Of a DNA stretch of 64,000 bases, positions 20,297-32,338 are shown piece by piece. The stretch's first letter is position 1; each line of letters starts with the position of its first letter. Origin of the DNA: Burkholderiales bacterium (GTDB taxonomy: Bacteria; Pseudomonadota; Gammaproteobacteria; Burkholderiales; SG8-39); the NCBI GenBank assembly GCA_033582675.1, contig JAVQZY010000017.1, positions 26,405 through 90,404 on the forward strand, written 5' to 3'. The translations under genes and the position numbers were made by a program. A model generated the notes under the pieces. It was not told where the DNA came from. It saw only the letters and a list, made by a program, of their open reading frames with translations, and did not search any database.

Positions 20297-21047
20297 CGCG
20301 CGCGGCGCGCGGCTGCAAAAGCTCATCGCGCAAGCGGGGCTCGGCTCGCGTCGCGAAATCGAGGACTGGATCCGCGCCGGTCGCGTCACCGTGAACGGCC
20401 GCGTCGCACGCCTCGGCGAGCGCGCGACGGCGTCCGATCGCATCGCGGTCGACGGCGAGCCGGTCGCGCTGCGCCCGGCCGTCGTGCCCCGGGTCCTCCT
20501 TTACCACAAGCCGGTCGGGGAGCTGGTCACGCGGCGCGATCCGGCGGGCCGTCCGACGGTGTTCGACCGGCTGCCGGTGCCGCGCGCACGGACGCTGGAT
20601 CGCGGTCGGCCGCCTCGACATCAACAGCTCCGGGCTGCTTCTTTTCACGAATGCAGGCGAGCTCGCGGCGCGCTTGATGCACCCGCGCTACGGGGTCGAG
20701 CGCGAGTACCGGGTGCGCGTGTTCGGGCCGCTCAAGGACGCGGAGCTGCGGCGGCTGCGTTCCGGCGTCGCGCTGGAGGACGGGATCGCGCGGGTGCTGC
20801 CGCATCGAGCCGCTTGTCGGCGGCCCCTCGGCCTCGGCGAACCGCTGGTACCGCGTGGTCCTCGCCGAAGGGCAGAAGGCGCGAAGTCCGCCGCCTGTTC
20901 GAAGCGCTCGGCCGGCAGGTGAGCCGGCTCGTTCGCGTCCGCTACGGGCCGTTCGCGCTGCCCGCGGGCCTCGCCCCCGGTCGCTGGTGCGAAGCCGATC
21001 CGGCACAGGTGCGCCGCGCGCTGCAGGCGCTGCGCGTAACGCCCTGA
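20223..21047 (+). CDS. rluB: 23S rRNA pseudouridine synthase RluB-like, frameshifted; start uncertain (TTG 20223)
   Basis: [59 protein letters not shown]. Confidence 0.88.
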   Translation: MSSKPPRRSPPPKSRSTSAPSAPSSARGARLQKLIAQAGLGSRREIEDWIRAGRVTVNGRVARLGERATASDRIAVDGEPVALRPAVVPRVLLYHKPVGELVTRRDPAGRPTVFDRLPVPRARTLDRGRPPRHQQLRAASFHECRRARGALDAPALRGRARVPGARVRAAQGRGAAAAAFRRRAGGRDRAGAAASSRLSAAPRPRRTAGTAWSSPKGRRREVRRLFEALGRQVSRLVRVRYGPFALPAGLAPGRWCEADPAQVRRALQALRVTP

Positions 21048-21074
21048 GCCGTTGTTCCGCAGGTCGAAACTCGG

Positions 21075-21123
21075 TATACTTCCGGCCGCTTTGGGGGAAT
21101 GGGCTTCGGCCCATTTTTTGTTT
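21075..21123 (+). terminator. rimP leader: -10 TATACT followed by an intrinsic terminator/attenuator
   Basis: TATACT at 21075-21080; hairpin AATGGGC-TTCG-GCCCATT (21098-21115) followed by TTTTGTTT. Confidence 0.8.
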
Positions 21124-21148
21124 GGGCGGCGCGCGCCGAGAACGCTCG

Positions 21149-21605
21149 ATGAACGGGAGCCGTAGAACGCGTGAGGACGATCGTCGAGCCCACCTTGAGG
21201 GGGATGGGGTTCGAGCTGGTGGATCTGCAGTTCTCAGGCCGCGGCCAGGTTGCTGCGCGTGTTCATCGACCGCACAGCCGGGACCGGGGGTCACGGTCGA
21301 GGACTGCGCGACCGTGAGCCGACACCTCGTCCACCTCTTCGCGGTCGAGGGCGTGGCCTACGAGCGGCTGGAAGTGTCATCGCCCGGCCTCGACCGACCA
21401 TTGAGCGGCGAGCGCGATTTCGCGCGTTTTGCCGGACGGCCGGTGAGCGTGCGCCTGCGCTCGCCTGACGCCGCGGGGCGCCGGCGCTACACCGGCGTGC
21501 TGCGCGGCGCGCGCGACGGGGTGGCGACGCTCGAGGTGAACGGAGCAGGAGGTCGCGCTGCGGCTGGACGCGATCGAGCGCGCGCGGCTCGTGCCGCAGC
21601 TTTGA
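21149..21605 (+). CDS. rimP: Ribosome maturation factor RimP, frameshifted
   Basis: [44 protein letters not shown]; directly upstream of nusA. Confidence 0.92.
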
Positions 21606-21636
21606 TGACGACGCACGAGGCAGGACGGGGAGCGGG

Positions 21637-23136
21637 ATGAGCCGGGAAATACTGATGCTGGTGGATGCACTGGCGCGCGAGAAGAACGTCGCGCGCGACG
21701 TGGTGTTCGGCGCGCTGGAACTCGCGCTCGCCTCGGCGACCAAAAAGCGTTTCGGCGAGGACGTGGACGTGCGCGTCGCGGTGGACCGCGCGACCGGCCA
21801 GTACGCGTCATTCCGGCGCTGGAAGGTGGTGCCCGACGACGCGGTGGAAAACCCGGCGCAGCAGATCGCGCTCTCGCAGGCGCAGGCGCGCGATCCCGCG
21901 CTCAAGCTCGGCGACGTCGTCGAGGAGCCGCTCGAGAACATTCCGTTCGGCCGCATCGGCGCGCAGACCGCGAAGCAGGTCATCCTGCAGCGCATCCGCG
22001 AGGCCGAACGCGAACAGATCCTGAACGACTTCCTCGCGCGCGGCGATGAACTGGTCACCGGCACGATCCGGCGCATGGAGCGCGGCAACGCGATCGTCGA
22101 ATCCGGCCGCCTGGAGGCGCTCCTGCCGCGCGATCAGATGATCCCGAGGGAAAACCTGCGCGTCGGCGACCGGGTGCGCGCCTGGGTGATGAAGGTGGAC
22201 CGCGCCGCACGCGGGCCGCAGCTGATCCTGTCGCGCACGGCGCCGCAGTTCATCATCAAGCTGTTCGAGCTCGAGGTGCCGGAGATCGAGGAAGGGCTGC
22301 TCGAGATCAAGTCGGCGGCGCGCGACCCCGGGATCCGCGCGAAGATCGCGGTGCACGCGCTCGACAAGCGCATCGACCCGATCGGCACCTGCGTCGGCAT
22401 GCGCGGCTCGCGCGTGCAGGCGGTGACGCAGGAGCTCGCGGGCGAGCGCGTGGACATCGTCCTGTGGTCGCCGGACCCGGCGCAGTTCGTGATCGGTGCA
22501 CTCGCGCCCGCCGAAGTCACCTCGATCGTGGTAGACGAGGAAAAGCACGCGATGGACGTGGTGGTGGACGAGCAGAACCTCGCGATCGCGATCGGCCGCA
22601 GCGGCCAAAACGTGCGCCTCGCCTCGGAGCTCACCGGCTGGACGATCAACCTGATGACCGAGGAGGAATCGAAGAAGAAGCAGCAGGAGGAGAGCGAGCG
22701 CGCCCGGCGGCTGTTCATGGAAAAGCTCGACGTCGACGAGGAGGTCGCCGACATCCTCGTGCAGGAAGGGTTCTCCTCGCTCGAAGAGGTGGCGTATGTC
22801 CCGATCCAGGAGATGCTCGAGATCGAGGCGCTCGACGAGGAAACCGTGAACGAACTGCGAAGCCGCGCGCGCAACGCGCTGCTGGTGGAGGCGATCGCGA
22901 GCGAGGAAAGCCTCGAAGGCGTCGATCCGGCGCTGCTGCGGCTGGAAGGCATGGACAACCAGCTCGCGGCGACGCTCGCGCGCCAGGGCATCCGCACCCG
23001 CGACGAGCTGGCCGACCTGGCGGTCGACGAACTGGCCGAAGCCGCCGGCGTCGACGAGGAGCGCGCGAAGAAGCTCATCATGGCGGCGCGCGCGCACTGG
23101 TTCGCCGCCGAGGCCCAGAGCCGGGAGGCGGCCTAG
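21637..23136 (+). CDS. nusA: Transcription termination/antitermination factor NusA
   Basis: [49 protein letters not shown]-terminal acidic repeats. Confidence 0.98.
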   Translation: MSREILMLVDALAREKNVARDVVFGALELALASATKKRFGEDVDVRVAVDRATGQYASFRRWKVVPDDAVENPAQQIALSQAQARDPALKLGDVVEEPLENIPFGRIGAQTAKQVILQRIREAEREQILNDFLARGDELVTGTIRRMERGNAIVESGRLEALLPRDQMIPRENLRVGDRVRAWVMKVDRAARGPQLILSRTAPQFIIKLFELEVPEIEEGLLEIKSAARDPGIRAKIAVHALDKRIDPIGTCVGMRGSRVQAVTQELAGERVDIVLWSPDPAQFVIGALAPAEVTSIVVDEEKHAMDVVVDEQNLAIAIGRSGQNVRLASELTGWTINLMTEEESKKKQQEESERARRLFMEKLDVDEEVADILVQEGFSSLEEVAYVPIQEMLEIEALDEETVNELRSRARNALLVEAIASEESLEGVDPALLRLEGMDNQLAATLARQGIRTRDELADLAVDELAEAAGVDEERAKKLIMAARAHWFAAEAQSREAA

Positions 23137-23137
23137 G

Positions 23138-25676
23138 ATGGCGCAGACGAGCGTCGCGCAGTTCGCGAGCGAACTGAAGGTTCCGCCGTCGGTGCTGCTC
23201 GAGCAGCTGCGCGCGGCGGGCGTGGACAAGCGCGCGGCCGACGATCCGCTCACCGAGCAGGACAAATCGCGCCTGCTCGAATATCTGCGGCGCGCGCACG
23301 GCTCGGCCGAGCCGAGGAACCGGATCACGCTGACACGCCGGCAGACGAGCGAGATCCGCACGGCGGACGCGAGCGGCAAGGCGCGCACGATCCAGGTCGA
23401 GGTGCGCAAGAAGCGCGTGTTCGTCAAGCGCGATCCTGGCGAACTGGCCGCCGCCGCGGTCGCAGCCGAGACGCCCGCGCCGGCCGCGCCCGCGTCGGCG
23501 CCGCCGCTCGACGAACGCGAACGCCAGCTGCGCGAGGAAGAGCAACGCCGCCAGCAGCAGCTCGCCGAGCTGCAGGCGGCGGAGCTGCGCGACAAGCAGG
23601 AGCGCGAGCGCCGCGAGGCCGAGCAGCGCGAACAGCAGGCGGCGGCGCCCGCGGCGCCGGCTCCGGCCGCGCCTGCGCCGACGCCGGCGCGCGAGGGCAC
23701 GCTGCACGCTCCGAAAACGCTCGAAGCGAAGATCGACAAGAAAGCGAAGAAGGTCAAGACGACCGTGCTCGCCGACGACAGCGTGCGTCGGCGCGCGATC
23801 AAGACGCGCGGCGACGCCGGCGGCGGCGTCGCCGGCTGGCACGGTCCGAAAGCGGCCGGCGCGCGTCGCGTGCAGACGGGCGCCGAGACCGGCTTCACGC
23901 CGCCGGCCGAACCGGTGGTGCGCGAGATCGCGGTGCCGGAAACGATCACGGTGGGCGAACTTGCGCACCGTATGGCGGTGAAGGCCGTCGAGGTGATCAA
24001 GGTGCTGATGAAGCTCGGCATCATGGCGACGATCAACCAGTCGCTCGACCAGGAGACAGCGATGATCGTCGTCGAGGAAATGGGGCACAAGGCGAAAGCC
24101 GCGAAGCTCGACGATCCCGAGGCGTTCATCAGCGAAACGCTCGCGCAGGCGGGCGAGGCGGAACTCTTGCCGCGGCCGCCGGTGGTCACCGTGATGGGCC
24201 ACGTGGACCACGGCAAGACCTCGCTCCTCGACACCATCCGGCGCACGAAGGTGGCGGCAGGCGAGGCGGGCGGCATCACGCAGCATATCGGCGCCTATCA
24301 CGTGCAGACGCCGCGCGGCGTGATCACGTTCCTCGACACCCCGGGGCACGAAGCGTTCACCGCGATGCGCGCGCGCGGCGCGAAAGTGACCGACATCGTC
24401 GTCCTCGTGGTCGCCGCCGACGACGGCGTCATGCCGCAGACCGTGGAAGCGATCAACCACGCGCGCGCTGCGGGGGTGCCGATCGTCGTCGCGATCAACA
24501 AGATGGACAAACCGGAGGCGAACCCGGAAAAGGTCAAGCGCGAGCTGCTCGCCCACGGCGTCGTGCCGGAGGAGCTCGGCGGCGATGCGCCGTTCGTGCC
24601 GGTGTCGGCAAAAACCGGCATGGGCATCGACGCGCTGCTCGAGCAGGTGCTGCTGCAGGCCGAGATCCGCGAGCTGCGCGCGCCGGTCGCCGCGCCGGCG
24701 AAAGGCGTGGTGATCGAGGCGCGCCTGGACAAAGGGCGGGGCCCGGTCGCGACGCTGCTCGTGCAGTCGGGCACGCTGAAACGCGGCGACGTCGTGCTCG
24801 CCGGCGCGGCGTTCGGGCGGGTGCGGGCGATGTTCGACGAAAACGGCCGCCCGGTGGCTTCCGCGGGTCCCTCCATTCCGGTCGAGGTCCTGGGACTGTC
24901 GGACGTGCCGCGCGCCGGCGACGACATGATCGTGATCGGCGACGAGCGCAAGGCGCGCGAGGTCGCGCTGTTCCGGCAAGGCAAGTTCCGCGACGTCAAG
25001 CTCGCCCGCCAGCAGGCGGCGAAGCTGGAGAACGTGCTCGAACAGATGGGCGAGGGCGAGAAGAAGACGCTCGCCATCGTGCTCAAGGCCGACGTGCAGG
25101 GTTCGCAGGAGGCGCTCGTGCACGCGCTCGCGAAGCTTTCGACCGACGAGGTGCGGGTGAACGTCGTGCACGCGGGCGTCGGCGGCATCACCGAATCCGA
25201 CGTCAACCTCGCGCTCGCCTCGCGCGCGATCATCGTCGGCTTCAATACCCGCGCCGACGCCGCCGCGCGCAAGCTGATCGAAACGACGGGGGTCGAGGTG
25301 CGTTACTACAACGTCATCTACGACGCGATCGAGGACGTGAAGGCGGCGCTCGCCGGCATGCTCGCGCCGGAGAAAAAGGAAAACGTCATCGGTCTCGTCG
25401 AGGTGCGCAAGGTGTTCCGCATCTCCAAGGTCGGCACGGTGGCCGGCTGCTACGTGCAGGAGGGCGTGGTGCGTCGCGGCGCGCTCGTGCGCGTGCTGCG
25501 CGACAACGTCGTCGTCCACACCGGCGAAGTGGAGACGCTCAAGCGCTTCAAGGAGGACGTGCGCGAGGTCAAAGCCGGCTTCGAGTGCGGGCTGTCGCTG
25601 AAAGGCTTCCAGGACGTGAAGGAAGGCGACCACCTCGAGGTCTTCGAGGTGCTCGAAGTCGCGCGCACGCTGCTAG
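23138..25676 (+). CDS. infB: Translation initiation factor IF-2 (true stop probably TAG 25674-25676 after a 1-nt insertion)
   Basis: [43 protein letters not shown]-terminal [12 protein letters not shown]. Confidence 0.97.
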
Positions 25677-25685
25677 GAGCGGTCC

Positions 25686-26039
25686 GTGGGACGTCGCGCG
25701 GGCAGGGCGCAGAAGGTCGGCGACCAGATCCAGCGCGAGCTGTCCGACGTGCTGCAGCGCGAGCTGCGCGACCCGGGCGTCGGCCTGGTCACGCTCACCG
25801 CGGTGGACATGTCGCCCGACTGCGCCTACGCGACGGTGTATTTCAGCTGCCTCGAGGCCGCCCGCGCGCCCGAGGCGAAAGCGGCTCTCGAGCGCGCCGC
25901 GGGCTTCCTGCGCTCGCAGCTTGCGCGTCGCATGCGGCTGCGAGAGACGCCGCAGCTTCGCTTCGTCTATGACGAATCCATCGAACGCGGCGATCGGCTC
26001 GCGCGGCTGATCGAGAGCGTACGCCCGCGCGACGCATGA
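25686..26039 (+). CDS. rbfA: Ribosome-binding factor A
   Basis: [17 protein letters not shown]...[23 protein letters not shown]. Confidence 0.95.
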   Translation: MGRRAGRAQKVGDQIQRELSDVLQRELRDPGVGLVTLTAVDMSPDCAYATVYFSCLEAARAPEAKAALERAAGFLRSQLARRMRLRETPQLRFVYDESIERGDRLARLIESVRPRDA

Positions 26040-26941
26040 GCGGTGCCCGCGACGGGGTGCTGCTCCTCGACAAGCCGGTCGGCATCACCTCGAACGCGGC
26101 ACTCCAAGAGGCGAAACGGCTGCTCGCGGCACGCCGCGCCGGACACGGCGGAACGCTCGATCCGCTCGCCTCGGGGCTGCTCGTGATCCTGTTCGGCGAA
26201 GCGACCAAATTCGCGCGCTTCGCGCTCGAGTCCGACAAGACCTATCTCGCGGCGCTGCGTCTCGGTGTCGCGACCGCGACCGGCGACGCCGAAGGGGAGG
26301 TGATCGCGCGCCGGCCGGTGCACGCCGACCGCGCCGCAGTCGAGGCGGCGCTGGAGGGGTTTCGCGGCGATATCGCGCAGGTGCCGCCGATCTACTCGGC
26401 CCTCAAGCGCAGCGGGCGACCGCTCTATGCGCTCGCGCGCGCCGGCGAACGCGTCGCGCGGCCGCCGCGCCGCGTGCGCGTGAGCGAGCTCGTCCTCCTC
26501 TCCTACGAAGGGGACTTGCTCCAGTTGCGCATCCGCTGCAGCAAGGGCACCTACGTGCGCCAGCTCGCCGCCGACCTCGGCGAGGCGCTTGGCTGCGGCG
26601 CGCACCTCGCCGCACTGCGCCGCCTCGCGGCGGGCCGGTTCCGTCTCGAGGACGCGATCGGGCTGGAGGCGCTCCGGGCGCTGCCGATAGACGCCCGCGT
26701 CGCGCGGTTGATTCCGCCCGCGCGCCTGCTTGAGGGGCTGCCCGCGGTCCGGCTCGACGGCGAGCGCGCGCGACGGTTCTGCCACGGCCAGCCGGTGCGC
26801 GCGGCGCCGGCAGCGCGCGGCGAATGCCGGGTGCTCGCGCCAGACGGCGCCCTGCTCGGCGTCGGCACCCTCGGCGCCGACGGCTTGCTGCATCCGGCGC
26901 GCCTCGTCGCGCGCGCCGCGAGCGCGATCGCAACCGACTGA
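26036..26941 (+). CDS. truB: tRNA pseudouridine(55) synthase
   Basis: [39 protein letters not shown]. Confidence 0.96.
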   Translation: MSGARDGVLLLDKPVGITSNAALQEAKRLLAARRAGHGGTLDPLASGLLVILFGEATKFARFALESDKTYLAALRLGVATATGDAEGEVIARRPVHADRAAVEAALEGFRGDIAQVPPIYSALKRSGRPLYALARAGERVARPPRRVRVSELVLLSYEGDLLQLRIRCSKGTYVRQLAADLGEALGCGAHLAALRRLAAGRFRLEDAIGLEALRALPIDARVARLIPPARLLEGLPAVRLDGERARRFCHGQPVRAAPAARGECRVLAPDGALLGVGTLGADGLLHPARLVARAASAIATD

Positions 26942-27023
26942 CGCAGCGGGCAAAACTTGTGAAGACGCGCGGCTCTCGGTTAGAATGGCGCGTTCCGCGG
27001 AATACGGCCACGAGAGAGAATCC

Positions 27024-27293
27024 ATGGCTTTGCAGGTCGCGCAGAAACAGCGCATCGTAAAGCAGTTTCAACGTTCGGCGAGAGATACGGGTTCGCCGGA
27101 AGTGCAGATCGCGCTTCTCACCGAGCGCATCAACAGCCTCGGCGAGCATTTCAAGACGCACGCCAAGGACCTGCACTCGCGCCGCGGGCTGCTCAAGCTG
27201 GTGAGCCAGCGGCGCAAGCTGCTCGATTACCTGAAGCGGAAGGACGCGGAAAAGTACCGCTCGGTGATCGACCGGCTTGGTCTGCGCAAGTAA
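27024..27293 (+). CDS. rpsO: 30S ribosomal protein S15
   Basis: [31 protein letters not shown]; -10 TAGAAT at 26981-26986. Confidence 0.98.
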   Translation: MALQVAQKQRIVKQFQRSARDTGSPEVQIALLTERINSLGEHFKTHAKDLHSRRGLLKLVSQRRKLLDYLKRKDAEKYRSVIDRLGLRK

Positions 27294-27374
27294 CGCCCGT
27301 CCCCGCATGCGCGTCGGGTGCGCCCGACCCAGGGAGCGCACCGTAGGCGCTCGCACGCACACAGAGGAAGGCCT

Positions 27375-29487
27375 TTGACACCGATCAAGAAGACGTTCAC
27401 CTACGGCCAGCACCAGGTCACGCTGGAAACCGGCGAGATCGCGCGCCAGGCGCACGGTGCGGTGCTGTGCACCATCGACGACACGGTCGTCCTCGCCACG
27501 GTGGTCGCGGCCAAACAGCCGCGCCCAGGCCAGGATTTCTTCCCGCTCACCGTCGATTACGTCGAAAAGACCTACGCCGCCGGCAAGATTCCCGGCGGGT
27601 TTTTCAAGCGCGAGGGGCGGCCCTCGGAAAAGGAGATCCTCACGAGCCGACTGATCGACCGGCCGATCCGGCCGCTCTTTCCCGACGGCTTCTACAACGA
27701 GGTGCAGGTGGTCGCGACCGTGGTGTCGCTCAACCCCGAGGTCGATTCCGACATCCCGGCGATGATCGCCTCCTCGGCGGCGCTCACCCTCTCCGGCATT
27801 CCGTTCAACGGCCCGATCGGCGCCTGCCGCGTCGGTTACATCGACGGCCAGTACGTGCTCAATCCGACCATGAGCCAACTGAAGCAGTCGCAGATGAACT
27901 TGGTCGTCGCCGGCACCGACCAAGGGGTGCTGATGGTCGAGGCGGACGCGCGCGAGCTGTCGGAAGAGGTGATGCTCGGCGGCATCGTCTTCGGTCACGA
28001 GCAGATGCAGGCGGTGATCCGCGCGATCGACGAGCTCGCGGAGGTCGCCGGCAAGCCCGCTTGGGACTGCGCAGCCGCCGCCGCGCGACGAAGCGCTCGA
28101 GCGACGCGTCGCCGAGCTCGCCGAAGCCGACCTGCGCCAGGCGTTCACGCTGCGCCAGAAGCAGGCGCGCAACGAGGCGCTCGAGGCGATCCGCCGCCGG
28201 GTGCTCGAGGCGACCGGCGCGGGCACCGAAGGCGGGCCGGCGGCGAACGTCGTGCGCGACATGATCTCGGCGCTCGAGGCGAGAATCGTGCGCAGCCAGA
28301 TCCTCGCCGGCGAGCCGCGCATCGACGGCCGCGACACGCGCACGGTGCGGCCGATCCACATCCGCGTCGGGGTGCTGCCGCGCACGCACGGCTCGGCGCT
28401 CTTCACCCGCGGCGAGACGCAGGCGCTCGTCACCGTCACGCTCGGCACCGGGCGCGACGAGCAGATCATCGACGCGCTCACCGGCGAGTACCGCGAGCGC
28501 TTCATGCTCCACTACAACATGCCGCCGTACGCGACCGGCGAGACCGGGCAGACTCGGGCCGTCCAAGCCGGCGCGAGATCGGTCACGGACGCCTCGCGAA
28601 GCGCGCGCTCGAGGCGCTGCTTCCCTCGCCCGAGGAGTTCGGCTACTCGCTGCGCGTGGTGTCGGAAATCACCGAATCGAACGGCTCGTTCCTCGATGGC
28701 CTCGGTCTGCGGCGGCAGCCTCGCGCTGATGGACGCCGGCGTGCCGATCAAGGCGCACGTCGCGGGCGTCGCGATGGGCCTTATCAAGGAAGGCAACCGC
28801 TTCGCGGTGCTCACCGACATCCTCGGCGACGAGGACCATCTCGGCGACATGGACTTCAAGGTGGCCGGCACCGAAAAAGGCATCACCGCGCTGCAGATGG
28901 ACCTCAAGATCGAGTCGATCAGCAAGGAGATCATGCGGGTGGCGCTTGCGCAGGCGCGCGAGGCGCGCTTGCACATCCTCGGCCTCATGCGCCAGGCGAT
29001 CGAGGGCTCGCGCAGCGAACTCTCCACCTACGCCCCGCGCATCATCAAGATGAAGATCAATCCGGACAAGATCCGCGACGTGATCGGCAAGGGCGGGGTG
29101 GTGATCCGCGGCATTCAGGAGGAGACCGGCACGACGATCGAAGTCGAGGACGACGGCACGATCTCGATCGCCTGCGTCTCGGCCGAAGGCGGCGAGGCGG
29201 CGCGGCGCCGGATCCAGGAACTCACCGCCGACGTCGAGGTGGGCAAGATCTACGAGGGACCGGTGCTGCGGCTGCTCGACTTCGGCGCGATCGTGCAGCT
29301 GATGCCCGGCCGCGACGGCCTGCTGCACATCTCGCAGATCAGCAACGAGCGCGTGAACTCGGTGTCCGACTACCTCAAGGAAGGTCAGATCGTGCGCGTC
29401 AAGGTGCTCGAAGCCGACGACAAGGGCCGCGTGCGGCTGTCGATGAAGGCGGTGAACGAGCAGCCGACGGCCGCCAAACAGCGCTGA
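27375..29487 (+). CDS. pnp: Polyribonucleotide nucleotidyltransferase, frameshifts near 28070, 28550 and 28690
   Basis: [61 protein letters not shown] and S1 domains; TTG start. Confidence 0.97.
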
Positions 29488-29519
29488 GAAGGCTCAGGGC
29501 CGGGCGGACGCGCCGGCGG

Positions 29520-29945
29520 CTACTTCGCGATCTGGCGCTCGCGCAGCTCGTCGAGCGTCTTGCAGTCGATGCAGAGCGTCGCCGTCGGGCGCGCTTCGAG
29601 GCGCTTCAGGCCGATCTCGACGCCGCAGCTTTCGCAGTAACCGTATTCGTTCGCGTCGATGCGCGCGATGGTTTCGTCGATCTTCTTGATGAGCTTGCGC
29701 TCGCGGTCACGGTTGCGCAGCTCGAGCGCCATGTCCGACTCCTGGCTGGCACGGTCGTTCGGATCGGCGAATACCGTCGCCTCCTCCTGCATCGCGTGCA
29801 CGGTGCGGTCGATCTCCGCCGACAGCTCCGCGCGCAGATTCTCGAGAATCTTGCGGAAGTGCGCCCGCTGCCGGGCGTTCATGTACTCCTCGCCCTTCTT
29901 GGGAACGTAGGGCGTGAAGTTCTTTCGCGTCACATCCAGCGCCAT
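29520..29945 (-). CDS. dksA: RNA polymerase-binding factor DksA
   Basis: FADPNDRA coiled-coil tip; CESC...CIDC zinc finger; RLEARPTA. Confidence 0.97.
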   Translation of the reverse strand: MALDVTRKNFTPYVPKKGEEYMNARQRAHFRKILENLRAELSAEIDRTVHAMQEEATVFADPNDRASQESDMALELRNRDRERKLIKKIDETIARIDANEYGYCESCGVEIGLKRLEARPTATLCIDCKTLDELRERQIAK

Positions 29946-30036
29946 CGAGGCTCTCGGGCCGAAAAAAGAAGGTCGGTTTGTAGCAGAAAAGTCCCCCTGG
30001 GGCAAGCCGAAGAAGGTATCATTGTCGCCCGCTTCG

Positions 30037-30113
30037 CGGGGTGTGGCGCAGCCTGGCAGCGCGCCTGCTTTGGGAGCAGGATGTCGGGAGTTCGAATCTC
30101 CCCACCCCGACCA
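30037..30113 (+). tRNA. tRNA-Pro(TGG)
   Basis: Cloverleaf: CGGGGTG/CACCCCG acceptor, CCTGC-TTTGGGA-GCAGG anticodon arm, TTCGAAT T-loop, 3' CCA. Confidence 0.96.
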
Positions 30114-30133
30114 CACCCGACGGCGAGCGCGAG

Positions 30134-30207
30134 CTGCCCGTAGCTCAACCGGATAGAGCACCAGCCTTCTAAGCTGGGGGTTGTGGGTTCGATCCCCGCC
30201 GGGCAGG
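30134..30207 (+). tRNA. tRNA-Arg(TCT); CCA not fully encoded (followed by CCC)
   Basis: CTGCCCG/CGGGCAG acceptor, CCAGC-CTTCTAA-GCTGG anticodon arm, GGTTCGATCC T-arm. Confidence 0.94.
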
Positions 30208-30247
30208 CCCGTCGCCCGGCGGATTCGCGGGCGGGTGCGCGACGGAC

Positions 30248-30323
30248 GGTGGCCGTAGCTCAACGGTAGAGTCCCGGATTGTGATTCCGGTTGTTGTGGG
30301 TTCGAGTCCCATCGGCCACCCCA
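30248..30323 (+). tRNA. tRNA-His(GTG) with G-1
   Basis: GGTGGCCG/CGGCCACC 8-bp acceptor, CCGGA-TTGTGAT-TCCGG anticodon arm, 3' CCA. Confidence 0.96.
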
Positions 30324-30339
30324 GACTTTCCCGGCCGCG

Positions 30340-31194
30340 TCAACGAGGAAGCGCCTCGCGCGCGAGAACGAACACGGTGCCGGGCTCCGAGACCTCGGGC
30401 CACGCGAACGGAGTGCGCGGATAGGCGCGCTCGAGCGCGCGGCGGGCAGCGCCCGCTTCGCACACGAGTAGCCCGCGCGGCGCAAGGTGCCTGCGCGCCC
30501 CCGCGAGGATGCGGCGCACGTATTCCAGTCCGTCGCGACCCCCGTCGAGCGCAAGACGCGGCTCGTAATCGTATTCCGGCGGCAGCCGTCGCAGCGTGCG
30601 CGTCGGGACGTAGGGCGGGTTGGCGAGGATGAGGTCGTAGCGGCGCTGCCCGAGCGCGGCGAACAGATCCGAGCGGGTCAGGCGCACACGACGCGTCAGG
30701 CGATGGCGGCGCACGTTGCGCCGCGCGACCTCGAGCGCCTCGGCCGAGACGTCGGTCGCGTCGACGCGCGCCTTCGGGAACGCGAGCGCCGCGAGCACGG
30801 CGAGACAGCCCGAGCCGGTGCCGAGGTCGAGGACGCGGTCGACCGGCCGCTGCAGCCAGGGGCGCAGGTCCCCCGCGAGCAGCTCCGAAATGAAGGAGCG
30901 GGGGATGATCGCGCGGCGATCGACGTAGAAGCGCCGCCCCGCGAGCCACGCCTCGCCGAGCAAATAGGCGAGCGGGATGCGCTCGCGGATCCGGCGCGCG
31001 GCGAGCGCCCGGATCCGGCGCGCGTGCTCGGCGCCGATGCGCGCGCGCGGATCGAGCGACGCCGGCGGGACACCGGTCGCGTGCGCGACCAGCCACGCCG
31101 CCTCGTCGCGCGCGCAGGCGGTGCCGTGGCCGAAATGCAGCCGCGCGGCGCGAAAGCGCCGTGCGAGCGCCGCGACCATGTCACCCGCAGTCAC
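30340..31194 (-). CDS. prmB: 50S ribosomal protein L3 N5-glutamine methyltransferase
   Basis: [44 protein letters not shown]; follows dapE. Confidence 0.93.
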   Translation of the reverse strand: MTAGDMVAALARRFRAARLHFGHGTACARDEAAWLVAHATGVPPASLDPRARIGAEHARRIRALAARRIRERIPLAYLLGEAWLAGRRFYVDRRAIIPRSFISELLAGDLRPWLQRPVDRVLDLGTGSGCLAVLAALAFPKARVDATDVSAEALEVARRNVRRHRLTRRVRLTRSDLFAALGQRRYDLILANPPYVPTRTLRRLPPEYDYEPRLALDGGRDGLEYVRRILAGARRHLAPRGLLVCEAGAARRALERAYPRTPFAWPEVSEPGTVFVLAREALPR

Positions 31195-32320
31195 GCGAGC
31201 AGCGCGCGCAGCACGTCGTAGTAGATGCGCGCGCGAGCTGCTCGAGCGCCCGCAGCTCGACGTGCTCGTCGAGCTTGTGGATGCTCGCGTTGACCGGTCC
31301 CAACTCGACGATCTGCGGGCAGATGTCGACGATGAACCGACCGTCTGAAGTGCCGCCGCCGGTCGACGCCTGCGGCTCGACCCCGGCGTGCGCCGCCACC
31401 GCGCGGCGCACCGCCTCGAGCAGTTCGCCGCGCCCCGAGAGAACGGCCGGCCGCCGAGCGTCCAGTCGATCGCATAATCGAGGCCGTGCCGACGCAGGAT
31501 CGCCTCGAAGCGTTCGCGCAACGATGCTTCGGTGCTCGCGGTCGAGAACCGGAAATTCGCAAGCAGCGTCACGCTGCCCGGCACGACGTTCTCCGCGCCG
31601 GTGCCGGCGGCGAGGTTCGAGACCTGGAAACTGGTCGGCGGGAACGCGTCGTTGCCCTCGTCCCAGCGCGTCGCCACGATCTCGGCGAGCGCCGGCGCGC
31701 AGCAGGTGGATCGGATTGCGCACCTGCTCGGGGTAGGCCACGTGGCCCTGCACACCGTGGACCGTCAGCCTCAGCGAGAGCGAGCCGCGCCGTCCGATGC
31801 GCACGGTGTCGCCCAGGACGCGCGCCGAGGACGGCTCGCCGACGATGCACCAGTCGAGCCGTTCGCCGCGCGCCTTGAGCCGCTCAACCACGCGCACCGT
31901 CCCGTCGACCGCCGGGCCCTCCTCGTCGGAGGTGAGCAGCAGCGCGATCGAGCCCCGGTGGCGCGGATGTTCGCGCACGAACGCCTCGACCGCGACGACG
32001 AACGCCGCGATCGAGGATTTCATGTCCGCCGCGCCCCGCCCGTAGAGGCGCCCGTCGCGCACGACGGGCACGAACGGATCGCTCGCCCATCGCTCGATCG
32101 GGCCCGGCGGCACGACGTCGGTGTGGCCGGCGAAGCAGAACACCGGCGCTGCCTCGCCGCGGCGCAGCCAGAGGTTCGCGACCGCGCCGCAGGGCATCGG
32201 CTCGGCGCGGAAACCGGCGCGCGCGAGCCGCTCGGCGACGAGCGCCTGACAGCCGGCGTCCTGCGGCGTCACCGACGGGCGCGCGATCAGCGCCTTCGCG
32301 AGCTCGAGCGGGCTGTCCAG
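31191..32320 (-). CDS. dapE: Succinyl-diaminopimelate desuccinylase, frameshifted; apparent CTG start
   Basis: [66 protein letters not shown]. Confidence 0.94.
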
Positions 32321-32338
32321 GGGGCGAACCGCGGCGCG

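Noticed and set aside
23440..23700. Repeat-like GC tracts in infB, and Ala/Arg/Glu repeats in smc
   Set aside because: These are low-complexity linker and coiled-coil coding sequence, with no regular repeat-spacer structure. No CRISPR array was seen anywhere.
25660..25972. IF-2 C-terminal extension overlapping rbfA
   Set aside because: The conserved end VARTL is followed by C-TAG, so a one-base insertion error explains the read-through.
26987..27023. S15 autoregulatory leader upstream of rpsO
   Set aside because: Only about 30 nt separate the inferred TSS from the ATG, and I cannot support a structure there.
30037..30340. tRNA cluster as an island or prophage integration site
   Set aside because: No integrase, no duplicated tRNA 3' end seen, and housekeeping genes lie on both sides.
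29520..30554. 344-aa ORF extending dksA across the tRNAs
   Set aside because: The upstream part is antisense to tRNA genes; DksA homology begins near ATG 29945.
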